Positions 17,199 through 25,606 of a DNA stretch of 26,385 nt are shown in pieces. The stretch comes from Verrucomicrobiia bacterium (GTDB lineage Bacteria > Verrucomicrobiota > Verrucomicrobiia > Limisphaerales > Pedosphaeraceae): positions 1 through 26,385 of the forward strand of contig DASRBR010000023.1 of assembly GCA_035653495.1 (NCBI GenBank), written 5' to 3'. Position 1 is the stretch's first letter, and the number at the start of each line of letters is the position of its first letter. The translations under genes were made by a program, and so were the position numbers. A model generated the notes under the pieces. That model was given only the letters and a program-made list of their open reading frames with translations, was not told the DNA's origin and ran no database searches.

Positions 17199-17274
17199 AT
17201 CGCCGTAACACGATTTTTCGACCGCTGACAAATCAGATTGAACCTTTTGCCCGCGAGCGGCACTTATACTGTGA

Positions 17275-17847
17275 ATGGCCGAGGCCCCGAGTTGTTCCGC
17301 CCAAAAACGTGCGGATTCCTTCGATGTCCAGGAGTTCCTTGACTCCCATGGAGATCGTCTGCTCCGTTCCGCTTATCTGCTGTGCGGCGATGAAACCGAA
17401 GCGCAAGATTTGGTCCAGGAAACATTCATGCAGGCAATCAAGTCCTGGCGCAGATTTCGTGGAGAGGCGGCGACTTATACCTGGCTTCATGGAATCCTGC
17501 GCAACTTGTGCCGCCGGCATCAACGCAAACAAAAACGCATTGTTTACGATGAGGAATTGGTTCTGAAGGAAACCTGCCAGGCTGACCATCCCAGCGGTCT
17601 GGACCAGGATTTCTGCGCGACCAGACTCACGCAGGCCCTACGGCAACTTTCCCACGAACATCGAGAAGTCATTGTCCTCCGGTTTTATGAACGGATGAAA
17701 ATTGAGGAAATCGCGCGCCAGCAGGGCGTTTCCAGTGGCACGGTTAAATCGCGCCTGCATTATGCCCTGCGTTGTCTCGGACAATTGATCCCGCGCGAAA
17801 TGAACTTTTTTGCCGCCAGTGGCACTCATTCCATGGAGACGCGATGA
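17275..17847 (+). CDS. ECF RNA polymerase sigma factor
   Basis: Region 2 'EAQDLVQETFMQA...TWLHGILRN'; region 4 'REVIVLRFYERMKIEEIA...GTVKSRLHYA'. Confidence 0.93.
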   Translation: MAEAPSCSAQKRADSFDVQEFLDSHGDRLLRSAYLLCGDETEAQDLVQETFMQAIKSWRRFRGEAATYTWLHGILRNLCRRHQRKQKRIVYDEELVLKETCQADHPSGLDQDFCATRLTQALRQLSHEHREVIVLRFYERMKIEEIARQQGVSSGTVKSRLHYALRCLGQLIPREMNFFAASGTHSMETR

Positions 17848-18425
17848 ATTGCGAACAGTTTAAGGACCGATTGCCGGAGTATCTGGACGAAACGTTGTCC
17901 GCCGCTGAACAAACCGCTGCGAATGACCATGTCCAGAATTGCGTTGCATGCCGGCAGGCCCTTGCCCGTGAACAAGCCCTTGCGAAATCCTTCCAGCTTT
18001 CATTTGACCGCGAAACCCAACGGCTTTCGTTGGGCGCGGAAGCCCGGCAAAATATTTTAAAGGCATGGAAACAAAGGGAGCTTCGGTCGGCATCCACTTG
18101 GGGAAGCGTTCGGGCGTTCTTCACGGAGACGCCATGGAAACCCGCCTGGGCGGGATTGGGCTTTGGCTGCATTTTGCTGTTCATTTCCGCCAGCCTTTTA
18201 TTGCAGCGCAAGCCGGTCGAACGCGCTTCTCTGCAACCGGCTCAGCGAGAATCTGCTGACAATTACGTCGTGGACGTTCCGATAGAGACTGAAGTGCATT
18301 TGTATCGCAGAGAGGGCAACAGCGTGGTTGATGCTGTCGTCAAAGGAGCCACAATCATCAACGCCACTTTCTCAGAAAACCCAAGTCGAGCCAGTTCATT
18401 GAAACGACACATCCGCCAAAACTAA
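17844..18425 (+). CDS. Zinc-binding (ZAS, zf-HC2) transmembrane anti-sigma factor
   Basis: Start at 17844 (ATGA overlap with the sigma stop); 'MNCEQF...HVQNCVAC' HxxxCxxC motif; one TM segment 'WAGLGFGCILLFISASLLL'. Confidence 0.88.
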   Translation: MNCEQFKDRLPEYLDETLSAAEQTAANDHVQNCVACRQALAREQALAKSFQLSFDRETQRLSLGAEARQNILKAWKQRELRSASTWGSVRAFFTETPWKPAWAGLGFGCILLFISASLLLQRKPVERASLQPAQRESADNYVVDVPIETEVHLYRREGNSVVDAVVKGATIINATFSENPSRASSLKRHIRQN

Positions 18426-18432
18426 GACGATC

Positions 18433-19383
18433 ATGAAACCAAACATACGCGCACTCCATCTAATCTTTGCCGCGACTTTCGTAGCCATGTTCCTGGTCTA
18501 CTTCTCCCGCTTGGGCGCTAATGGCGCCGATGAACCAGTCGATCCGAAGTTTTCGTATGTTATTCCGCATGAATTGGGAGCCAGTGGATTTTTTGCCGGG
18601 GATCAAATCACCATCACCGAGGTGCGCGGAGATAAAAAACACATTGAACCTGGTGGCAGCTATCTGGTGGAAGGGACTTACACGCTGGCTTCGGCAGACA
18701 GCGCGGATCTTGCGCTTTTCTGCACCAGCCGCGGCCCCAGCGGTCCCACGCCAGTCCAGGCCGGGCAAACCGTTAAAATAAGCCGGGGAACGGGAAAATT
18801 TCATCTATACGAAACGAATGTTCCTGGCGGCTGGCTGCACGTTTCCTTTTATGCGAACAATTCCAGCCATGGCGGGGTCTATTTTGGAGAAAAGGACAGG
18901 GAAAATACCATCATGCGAAACCAGGGATGGTTTCATAACGTTGGTGACAAACAGCACGAGACCGAGACTGGTCCCGAAAACAAAGCCAACCTTGCCTTGA
19001 TGGCTTATCTTGGCCATCCCGTGCCGCCGCCGTCTGACATGGACGCGCGCTATGACAAGGAGAATCTGCTCAAGGCCTTCACCGCATTGTGCAGGAACGC
19101 AAATTTGGTCATCACCAAACTCGCGGTGGACGATTCGGAATTTCCTTTCCTGGTCTATGGCACGTTGGAGGGAATACATTCATTGCCGGAGAAATCAGCG
19201 TTTGAGGAGCAAAAAGGCTACACCTATGGCGGTTCGGTGAGAGGAAGCGATGGCGAAGGAACCTACTTCGCGGTGAACATGGTTCCTTCGGACAAGTATC
19301 CAGAAGGCCAGCAGAAAGCCTGTCAACGACGATTGATGCTCCGTCTTCAGATGCTGGCCGATAAAGCCCAGCAGGCGCAATGA
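18433..19383 (+). CDS. Exported or membrane-anchored hypothetical protein, third gene of the ECF operon
   Basis: 316 aa with an N-terminal hydrophobic segment; starts 7 nt after the anti-sigma stop. Confidence 0.75.
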   Translation: MKPNIRALHLIFAATFVAMFLVYFSRLGANGADEPVDPKFSYVIPHELGASGFFAGDQITITEVRGDKKHIEPGGSYLVEGTYTLASADSADLALFCTSRGPSGPTPVQAGQTVKISRGTGKFHLYETNVPGGWLHVSFYANNSSHGGVYFGEKDRENTIMRNQGWFHNVGDKQHETETGPENKANLALMAYLGHPVPPPSDMDARYDKENLLKAFTALCRNANLVITKLAVDDSEFPFLVYGTLEGIHSLPEKSAFEEQKGYTYGGSVRGSDGEGTYFAVNMVPSDKYPEGQQKACQRRLMLRLQMLADKAQQAQ

Positions 19384-19405
19384 GGTCGGCTTTTGAGCGA
19401 ACGCT

Positions 19406-21652
19406 TTAATTCGCCTTGAGCACTTGGTCGATGGCGGAGCGAAATTCAACCAGCGTAAACGGCTTGGACAGACAGACCTTGTTGCGCGCGCGGAGAAATT
19501 CCTGCACCTTTTCATTCACCACGTCGCCGGTGATGAAGATGATCCGCTTGGACATTTCCGGGTTGCTGGCATGCAACCGTTCATAAATCTGCTGGCCGCT
19601 GAGCCCCGGCATTTTCCAATCGCATAAGGCAAGGTCGTAATGATATTGCGTGAGGCGGCGCAGCGCGGATTCACCGTCATGGGCAATATCCACCTTGTAA
19701 CCGTTGCGCGTGAGGATTTCGCGCACCATTTGCAGAATCAAATCTTCATCGTCCACGACCAGCACGCGTTTGCCCAGGCCCTCCTCGGCATTGTCATTTG
19801 CGGACGGCGCGGCTTTCTTTTCAGCCACCTGCGGCAACTGATGAGTGATGGGCAGTTCGACGACGAATGTCGCGCCTTCGCCGTATGTGCTGTAAGGCGT
19901 GATGGTGCCGCCATGTTCGCTGATGATGCCGTAGCAAAGGCTTAACCCAAGCCCGGTGCCCTTGCCGACTTCCTTCGTGGTGAAAAACGGATTGAAGATG
20001 CGCTTCAGGTTTTCCGGCGGGATGCCCGGCCCGTTGTCCTGGAAGATGATGCGCACATAGTTTTCGACCGCTTCACTCGAAACGCGTAACCGGCCCGCAA
20101 CCGGCCGGCCTTCCATCGCCTGCCTAGCGTTGTTGATGATGTTCAAAAAAACCTGCTGCATCTGGTGCGGGTCCAATTCTGTCGCGGGCAGGTGTGGATC
20201 AAGCTGCGTCACCACCTCGATGTTGCTGGTGCGCATCTGGTATTGCAAAATCTCGATGGCGGACTCCACGATTTCATTCACGCAAACCACCTTGCGCTCG
20301 GGCGCATGACGCCGCGCGAAGCTCAACAAGCTCTGCACAATCTTCTGGCAACGCTTGGCGCTCTTGAAAATCACGTCCAGATAACGCCGCTGCTGTTCCG
20401 GCAAATCCGATTGCTGGAGCAGTTCGGAAAAACCCATCACTGACGTGAGTGGATTGTTCAATTCATGCGCCACGCCCGCGACGAATTCGCCGATGCCGGA
20501 TAATTTTTCGCTCTGGATCAACTGATGCTGGGTTGACTTGAGCGTCTCGACCGTCTTTTCCAGTTCATCGCGCGAGTTCTTGACGTTCTGGGTCATCTTG
20601 TTGAAGGCAGTCGCGAGTTCGCCGCATTCATCACGCGAAAACACCTCCACGCGCCGCGAATAATCGCCACGGCCGACCGCTTCCGCGCAATTGCGCAAAT
20701 GGCGCAACGGCCAGGTGATGCGCCGCAACAAAAGCCAGACGATCACTCCGCTGATGCCGATGCCGAGAACGCCGGCTGCCAGCAGCATCTGTTGCGTCGC
20801 GCGCAAGGCGATCCAGGAATCCTCGTAGGACGAAAGCAGCAGATAACCCATCGCTTTGTCGCCGTTCAGCGAGGAGAAATGTCCGGCGCGGCAAAGGTAA
20901 TGTTCATCATTCAACATCAGTTCCGGGCCGGCGGCATCATTTGCGGTCAATGCGTTGAACCGATCGATGAAAACCGGGAACAAACCAGCGTCTTTGATGC
21001 TGGATGCCGCCACATGGCCGTCGGCTATCAGCACAATCTGGCTGCGCGTGATCTGGCGGGTTTCGAGCGCCTGCTCCGACCCGATGCGCAGCCCAAACGT
21101 CAGCACGCCGGCGATGTCATCGCCCGTTCCGACCGGAAAGGAAGCGATGTCCAGCAGGTTGGTTCCCACGCGGATGGTGTCCACGGCGGCATTGCCTTGC
21201 GCGGCGCGTGCGATGGTTGGCATGGCCTTCGCCTGAAAATTGCTGACGTTCAGTTCGATGTTTGCGTTCGAACTGACCAACTGCGGCTCGTCCTGTTTGA
21301 GCAGCGTGAACACGGCCACATTGGCTTCGTTGTCCAGGAGCATTTCCTGCATGACTTCATCGAGCGTGTGCTTGATGGTCGGGAGGTCGGCGCTTTGCGT
21401 GACGGCTTTTATCCGCGGCTCATTAAGGGCGTTGCGATTCTTGGAGAGCAAGGTTGCGGTCTGATGCAGGTGCAGTTGCTTGAAAATCACGTCCGCAGTC
21501 GCGAGCTGGCTGGCGGCATTTTGATGCATCTGCTCGCTGATGCGGGCATCCACCAGCCAGATGGTCACCGCCATGAGCAGCATCATGACCGTGAGCACCG
21601 GCAACAGCACTTTCAACTGGAAACTGAAGCGTATTTTGGAAATGGCTTTCAT
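19406..21652 (-). CDS. Membrane hybrid sensor kinase (TM, periplasmic sensor, TM, HAMP, HisKA, HATPase, REC)
   Basis: Two TM segments, HAMP 'ITWPLRHL...RDECGELATAFNKM', 'VAHELNNPL', 'DNGPGI', 'PFFTTK', 'GTGLGL', and REC 'VVDDE...CDWKMP'. Confidence 0.94.
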   Translation of the reverse strand: MKAISKIRFSFQLKVLLPVLTVMMLLMAVTIWLVDARISEQMHQNAASQLATADVIFKQLHLHQTATLLSKNRNALNEPRIKAVTQSADLPTIKHTLDEVMQEMLLDNEANVAVFTLLKQDEPQLVSSNANIELNVSNFQAKAMPTIARAAQGNAAVDTIRVGTNLLDIASFPVGTGDDIAGVLTFGLRIGSEQALETRQITRSQIVLIADGHVAASSIKDAGLFPVFIDRFNALTANDAAGPELMLNDEHYLCRAGHFSSLNGDKAMGYLLLSSYEDSWIALRATQQMLLAAGVLGIGISGVIVWLLLRRITWPLRHLRNCAEAVGRGDYSRRVEVFSRDECGELATAFNKMTQNVKNSRDELEKTVETLKSTQHQLIQSEKLSGIGEFVAGVAHELNNPLTSVMGFSELLQQSDLPEQQRRYLDVIFKSAKRCQKIVQSLLSFARRHAPERKVVCVNEIVESAIEILQYQMRTSNIEVVTQLDPHLPATELDPHQMQQVFLNIINNARQAMEGRPVAGRLRVSSEAVENYVRIIFQDNGPGIPPENLKRIFNPFFTTKEVGKGTGLGLSLCYGIISEHGGTITPYSTYGEGATFVVELPITHQLPQVAEKKAAPSANDNAEEGLGKRVLVVDDEDLILQMVREILTRNGYKVDIAHDGESALRRLTQYHYDLALCDWKMPGLSGQQIYERLHASNPEMSKRIIFITGDVVNEKVQEFLRARNKVCLSKPFTLVEFRSAIDQVLKAN

Positions 21653-21656
21653 CGAC

Positions 21657-22490
21657 TTACAATTTCGGCAGACCGGTGATGCCGAGGGTGAAGTCCGCCT
21701 TCACCTCGCCCTTTTCCGGCACGACGATCTCCCGGCTTTGCGCGGGCAACCGCTCGTGCCAGGCTTTCAAATGGTAAGTGCCCGCAGGGACGTCTTTGAT
21801 CGTATAAACGTCCTTGCTGTCGGTGCGGGCGAAATAAGGATTTTCCAAAACCAGCACCACGCAGCTCATGCTTGAATGAATGGAGCAAAAGACATCCACG
21901 CGCCCCGGCTTGTCGAAAAGCACCTTCTTCACCGTGGGCGCCTTGTATAGATCAAGATCAAACGGCTTCACTTCCGAATACGAGAAAACGTTGTGATAAA
22001 TGTCATCGTTGTTCGGCCATTCGACTGTCGTGCCCACAACAATCGGCATGATATGCGGTTCGAACGTCGCGTGCTTTTGGTTCACCTGCCGGACGGTCAA
22101 CACCTGCACCGGCTTGCCGGGCGCGACCAGCTTGTTCGTGCCGACCGGCCCTTCGATATAAACGATGAAATCATGCATCGCGCCGTAATCCACGCGCGTG
22201 GCGAACTTGAGCGCGCGGCTCTCGTAATTCACGCTGCCGCATTGCGCGTCCTGTGCCGCACCCGCCTTTCCTTCGGCATGAACGCGACCCGTGATGGTTC
22301 CCGCATGGGCAGTAGTCAGTGTTAATGCAGTAAAAAAGCCAAAAAGTAATTTAGAGATTTTGCCCGCATAGTGGCGTGGTAGGGACGGCGCGCTGCGCCG
22401 TCCGCGGATCCCGCATGCGGGACAGCGCGATGTCCCTACCTTGGATAGGAACATTGAAGGCAGTCTTGAAAATGTAGTTGAATTTTTCAT
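21657..22490 (-). CDS. Exported cupredoxin-domain protein with a C-terminal beta-sandwich (CarboxypepD_reg-like)
   Basis: h-region/cleavage 'LLFGFFTALTLTTAHA|G'; type-1 Cu ligand pattern 'HNVFS' ... 'CSIHSSM'; 'VPAGTYHLKAWHERL'. Confidence 0.82.
   Translation of the reverse strand: MKNSTTFSRLPSMFLSKVGTSRCPACGIRGRRSAPSLPRHYAGKISKLLFGFFTALTLTTAHAGTITGRVHAEGKAGAAQDAQCGSVNYESRALKFATRVDYGAMHDFIVYIEGPVGTNKLVAPGKPVQVLTVRQVNQKHATFEPHIMPIVVGTTVEWPNNDDIYHNVFSYSEVKPFDLDLYKAPTVKKVLFDKPGRVDVFCSIHSSMSCVVLVLENPYFARTDSKDVYTIKDVPAGTYHLKAWHERLPAQSREIVVPEKGEVKADFTLGITGLPKL
22378..22440. repeat. 63-bp REP-doublet (REPIN-like) palindrome inside the cupredoxin ORF
   Basis: ggtagggac ... gtccctacc (9-bp IR carrying GTAG); inner stems ggacggcgc-gct-gcgccgtcc (22383-22403) and tcccgcatgcggga (22409-22422). 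Confidence 0.85.
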
Positions 22491-22492
22491 GG

Positions 22493-23869
22493 TCAGAATT
22501 TGAATGCCGCCTCGAGGGCGAATTGGTTTTCTTCGTCGCGGAAAGTGCCGTCAATTTCGCTGCCCTGGTTGAAGCTGTATTCGCCCTTGACGACCATGTT
22601 CTGGCTGAACCGGTAACCGAGGCCCAAACTCAATCGCCAATAATCCTTCGTGAGTTCCTGAAAGCCATATTCCGCCATGTTGCCCGCGCCCACGATGGTG
22701 TAGCCCTTGTGCGCGAGCACCTGGCTCCAGCGCACCGCCGAATACAAACTGTGCGTCCAATCGTGCGTGGCTTCGAGATAGTAATAGTAGATGTCGCGAT
22801 TGTTGTTCGCGAGCGGGTCGTTATCGTTGTAATTCACGTAACCGCCCGCAGCCCTGATCAACGTGGACGGCAGCCGAAACACCGCGTCGCCTTCGACCAA
22901 ATTGGCATGAAAGGAAGTCGTGCTGTGTGAACCGATGGAATGAAACCAGCCGTTGCCGAACCAGATCGCCGACGTTCCATTTTTTACGTTCAACTCGCCG
23001 GTGCGCATCGCGCTTGCGCTCACGTGCAGCCATTTGGTTGGGTCGGCCCCGATTCTACCCGAAACACTTTTGTCGCCTTGCAACGACTGGCTGGTGACCT
23101 CGCCGCCGTTTTGCACCGCCACCGCGTAATGCGCCGGGCCGAGCTTGCCGTAAATCTCCACTCCATCGTCCGTGCCCCAGATATCGCTCACCGAATGCGA
23201 GATGAGCGGGTTGTCGATCGCGAAGCGGTATTGGTACTCCTCGCCGAACGGAATGTAAAAACGCCCCGCGCGCGCGTTGAGCATCTCTTCGTTGCCCCAA
23301 AGCTTGGAAATGCTTTCGAAATCCAGGTAAAGCTCGCCGACGTTCAACGCCAGGCTTGTGGTTTCGCGTTGGGCAAGGTCCAGTTCCGAATAAAAATAAA
23401 TGTCGCCCCAGATGGGCGCATCCAAAAACAAACGCGCTTCATCGATCCGAAACGTGCTGTGCGGAAACTGGCCTGACGGAGGCGACTTGAAAAACGCCAC
23501 ACCACCTTCGCCGCCGATGTCCAGCTTGCCGAAATGGAAAGTCGAACTGCTGGTCGTGTCCGGCAAAGGCTGTTCCTCCGGCCTCGTAGAAGCCGCTGTT
23601 TGCGGCGAAGGGTTGCCCGTCGTTTGAGCGTTCCTTGATTCCAGGGCCGAAACCTTCTTGCTGAGCGATTCGATGGTTTGTTGCTGCTGCTGCACCTGCT
23701 GCTGCAACTGCTGGTTCTGCTGCAAGAGTTGAAGGAATTCCTTGCGCGTCATGGGAGCCGAATCGGCGTCTTCCCTTGCCAGCGCGAATGGCCCGGGAAG
23801 AACCAGAAGAGCGAATGCACAACCCAGCAGGGCCGTTCGCTTGTATGGCATTCCCATCATATATGCCAT
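22493..23869 (-). CDS. Outer-membrane beta-barrel/porin (OprO/P-like) with an N-terminal coiled coil
   Basis: Signal peptide '...KRTALLGCAFALLVLPGPFALA', Gln-rich coiled coil, amphipathic strands, 'AGRFYIPFG', and terminal '...AAFKF'. Start lies among Mets at 23869-23851. Confidence 0.8.
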   Translation of the reverse strand: MAYMMGMPYKRTALLGCAFALLVLPGPFALAREDADSAPMTRKEFLQLLQQNQQLQQQVQQQQQTIESLSKKVSALESRNAQTTGNPSPQTAASTRPEEQPLPDTTSSSTFHFGKLDIGGEGGVAFFKSPPSGQFPHSTFRIDEARLFLDAPIWGDIYFYSELDLAQRETTSLALNVGELYLDFESISKLWGNEEMLNARAGRFYIPFGEEYQYRFAIDNPLISHSVSDIWGTDDGVEIYGKLGPAHYAVAVQNGGEVTSQSLQGDKSVSGRIGADPTKWLHVSASAMRTGELNVKNGTSAIWFGNGWFHSIGSHSTTSFHANLVEGDAVFRLPSTLIRAAGGYVNYNDNDPLANNNRDIYYYYLEATHDWTHSLYSAVRWSQVLAHKGYTIVGAGNMAEYGFQELTKDYWRLSLGLGYRFSQNMVVKGEYSFNQGSEIDGTFRDEENQFALEAAFKF

Positions 23870-24105
23870 TGAGCAACAACCATGCCCGCCCGCTCTGGTG
23901 GAAGCGTTCCCAACCTGAAAAAATCGCCGCGAAAAGTCCTCCAAATTTTCCGCCCAATTCTGTCCATCAATCGGTCATTGTGCGGCGTGTCCCGGACAAA
24001 ACTCTGGCACTTTGGCGGCGCTCTGATTCAATTGCCCACAATCAGGACAGTTGTTCCGGCGCAAGAGGCGTTGGAACCGCTGCCGATGACTGCCAAAATT
24101 TTTGC

Positions 24106-25302
24106 ATGCGGGTTCCAAAATCATACTTCGCGCTGACACTATATTGTTTGTGCCCGCTGACCGGCGTTCTCGCGCAGGAATTGACATCGGCCGAAACCCA
24201 AGCCTTGCGCTCCGCGCCGCAAGGCAGCGTGCTGACTTTAAGCAACATCTGGTCGCATCAACGCGATTTGCCGCGGATTCCGCTCGAAATCAGCGATGTC
24301 CATGGCCCGCAATTGCTGCTCTCCGATAAACCGGAGTATTTCCAGACCGGCAATGGCATTTCGCTGCAGGAAGAAGCCAAACCGGGTCTGGTGCGCCTTT
24401 ACATCTATCATGTCCCGCAGCCGGACGCCGGGCCAAAAACCATTTCCGCCGTCATTCAAAATCTTGGCAAACATCCCTTGAAGTTCCGGTTCCTTCGCCG
24501 CGCTTTTCCCAAACCCAGCCGCGACTATCATCTTATCGGCAAGACCGGCCTCATCCAATTTTTCGATTCGCATCCCGATAAAACATTTCGGCGGATCCCG
24601 CCCGGCGGCCGGATGGTCATTGATCCGGACATGGACGCCACCACCGTCACAACCGATGAACTCGTTCACGGCCTTTATGAATTCAAGATCAATCAACCGG
24701 CGCGCATCAGCGTTTTCGAACGCGACCCTGGCCAATCGAGCATCGCCGTTCTCGATCAACTTCCCAAACTGCCGCGCGATTTGCCCGGCTACGAAGGCTC
24801 CGGCGCAGGACGCGGATTGTTTTTGACCAGCGATTATGACGTCAGCGGCGAAAATGGTTTTGCGATCGACACCATCAACGGCCCGATGCGCCTGTTGCTG
24901 GCAGACGGCAGAAAAGATGCATGGGTCCGCGGACGCGACAGCATCGCCGGTCTTGAGGATGGCAGGGACAGCGGCAATTACGGTGTCATTTACCGCGTGC
25001 GCCTGAAATATCGTTCCGGCGACGGACGCGGCCTCGCGTTATTCATCACCAAGCCGGGTCGCGGCGGCAGATGGTGCGGCGGACAGGCCGGCGCGGTGAA
25101 GGTCAGCCGCGGAACATGGCCGGAAGGAACCGTCGCCGTTCCAACTGGCCGCGTCGCTTTTGGAAATCCCGGCGAAATGGTGTTCATCCAAAAATTTCCG
25201 CCCTTGCGCAAAGGAAAAACCGGCACATTGGAAATCGTCTATTCACCCCCCGGCGCATCCTGCATCCCCACACCCATGCTGCTGGTGCCCTTTCAGCCTT
25301 GA
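24106..25302 (+). CDS. Secreted uncharacterised protein resembling the C-terminal domain of Firmicutes proteins often labelled 'copper amine oxidase'
   Basis: Start moved to ATG 24106 (signal MRVPKSYFALTLYCLCPLTGVLA); motifs 'LLLSDKPEY', 'RLYIYH', 'GRGLF', 'GNYGVIY' and 'YSPPGAS' recalled from that family. Confidence 0.65.
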   Translation: MRVPKSYFALTLYCLCPLTGVLAQELTSAETQALRSAPQGSVLTLSNIWSHQRDLPRIPLEISDVHGPQLLLSDKPEYFQTGNGISLQEEAKPGLVRLYIYHVPQPDAGPKTISAVIQNLGKHPLKFRFLRRAFPKPSRDYHLIGKTGLIQFFDSHPDKTFRRIPPGGRMVIDPDMDATTVTTDELVHGLYEFKINQPARISVFERDPGQSSIAVLDQLPKLPRDLPGYEGSGAGRGLFLTSDYDVSGENGFAIDTINGPMRLLLADGRKDAWVRGRDSIAGLEDGRDSGNYGVIYRVRLKYRSGDGRGLALFITKPGRGGRWCGGQAGAVKVSRGTWPEGTVAVPTGRVAFGNPGEMVFIQKFPPLRKGKTGTLEIVYSPPGASCIPTPMLLVPFQP

Positions 25303-25314
25303 ATGTCGCAGGCA

Positions 25315-25349
25315 ACTTTAAACTTCAAACCTTAAACTTTAAACTTGAG
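25315..25349. repeat. 5-unit heptamer array, AAC(T/C)T(T/C/G)A
   Basis: aacttta aacttca aacctta aacttta aacttga; starts 12 nt after the stop at 25302. Confidence 0.85.
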
Positions 25350-25354
25350 ACGTG

Positions 25355-25606
25355 CGCGAAGCGCGGTGGGGCGATGATGCCCGTGCGGAAGCACCGCGAG
25401 CCGACAGGCGAAGCCTGCAGCCATCCATCAACTCTCAACGATCCACAATCAACCTCAACAATCAACCATCAACCATTTCTCAACCACGGATGAACACCGA
25501 TGCACACTAATAATCACAAACGGCAAAAGAACCTTACGCGGGTGGGGCGAGCGTACTCGCGAGCAGACAGGCGAAGCCTGCACCCATCCATCAACCATCA
25601 ACCATT
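25355..25606. repeat. Repeat mosaic: duplicated 38-bp unit, GCGAAGC hairpins, TCAACCA heptamers and a 10-nt-period triplet
   Basis: 25395-25432 vs 25558-25595 (36/38 identical); TCAACCA-type units 25428-25487 and 25591-25604; cacggat/caccgat/cactaat at 25485, 25495 and 25505. Confidence 0.8.

Noticed and set aside
19709-19720. 12-bp match to the tRNA-Val 3' end (tcgcgcaccatt) as attR
   Set aside because: It lies inside the intact kinase coding sequence and is most likely chance.
23776-24105. N-terminal 110 codons of the 508-aa ORF, and the 5' extension of the porin ORF to 23944
   Set aside because: They overlap each other across a divergent promoter region, and good signal peptides begin only at 24106 and about 23869-23851.
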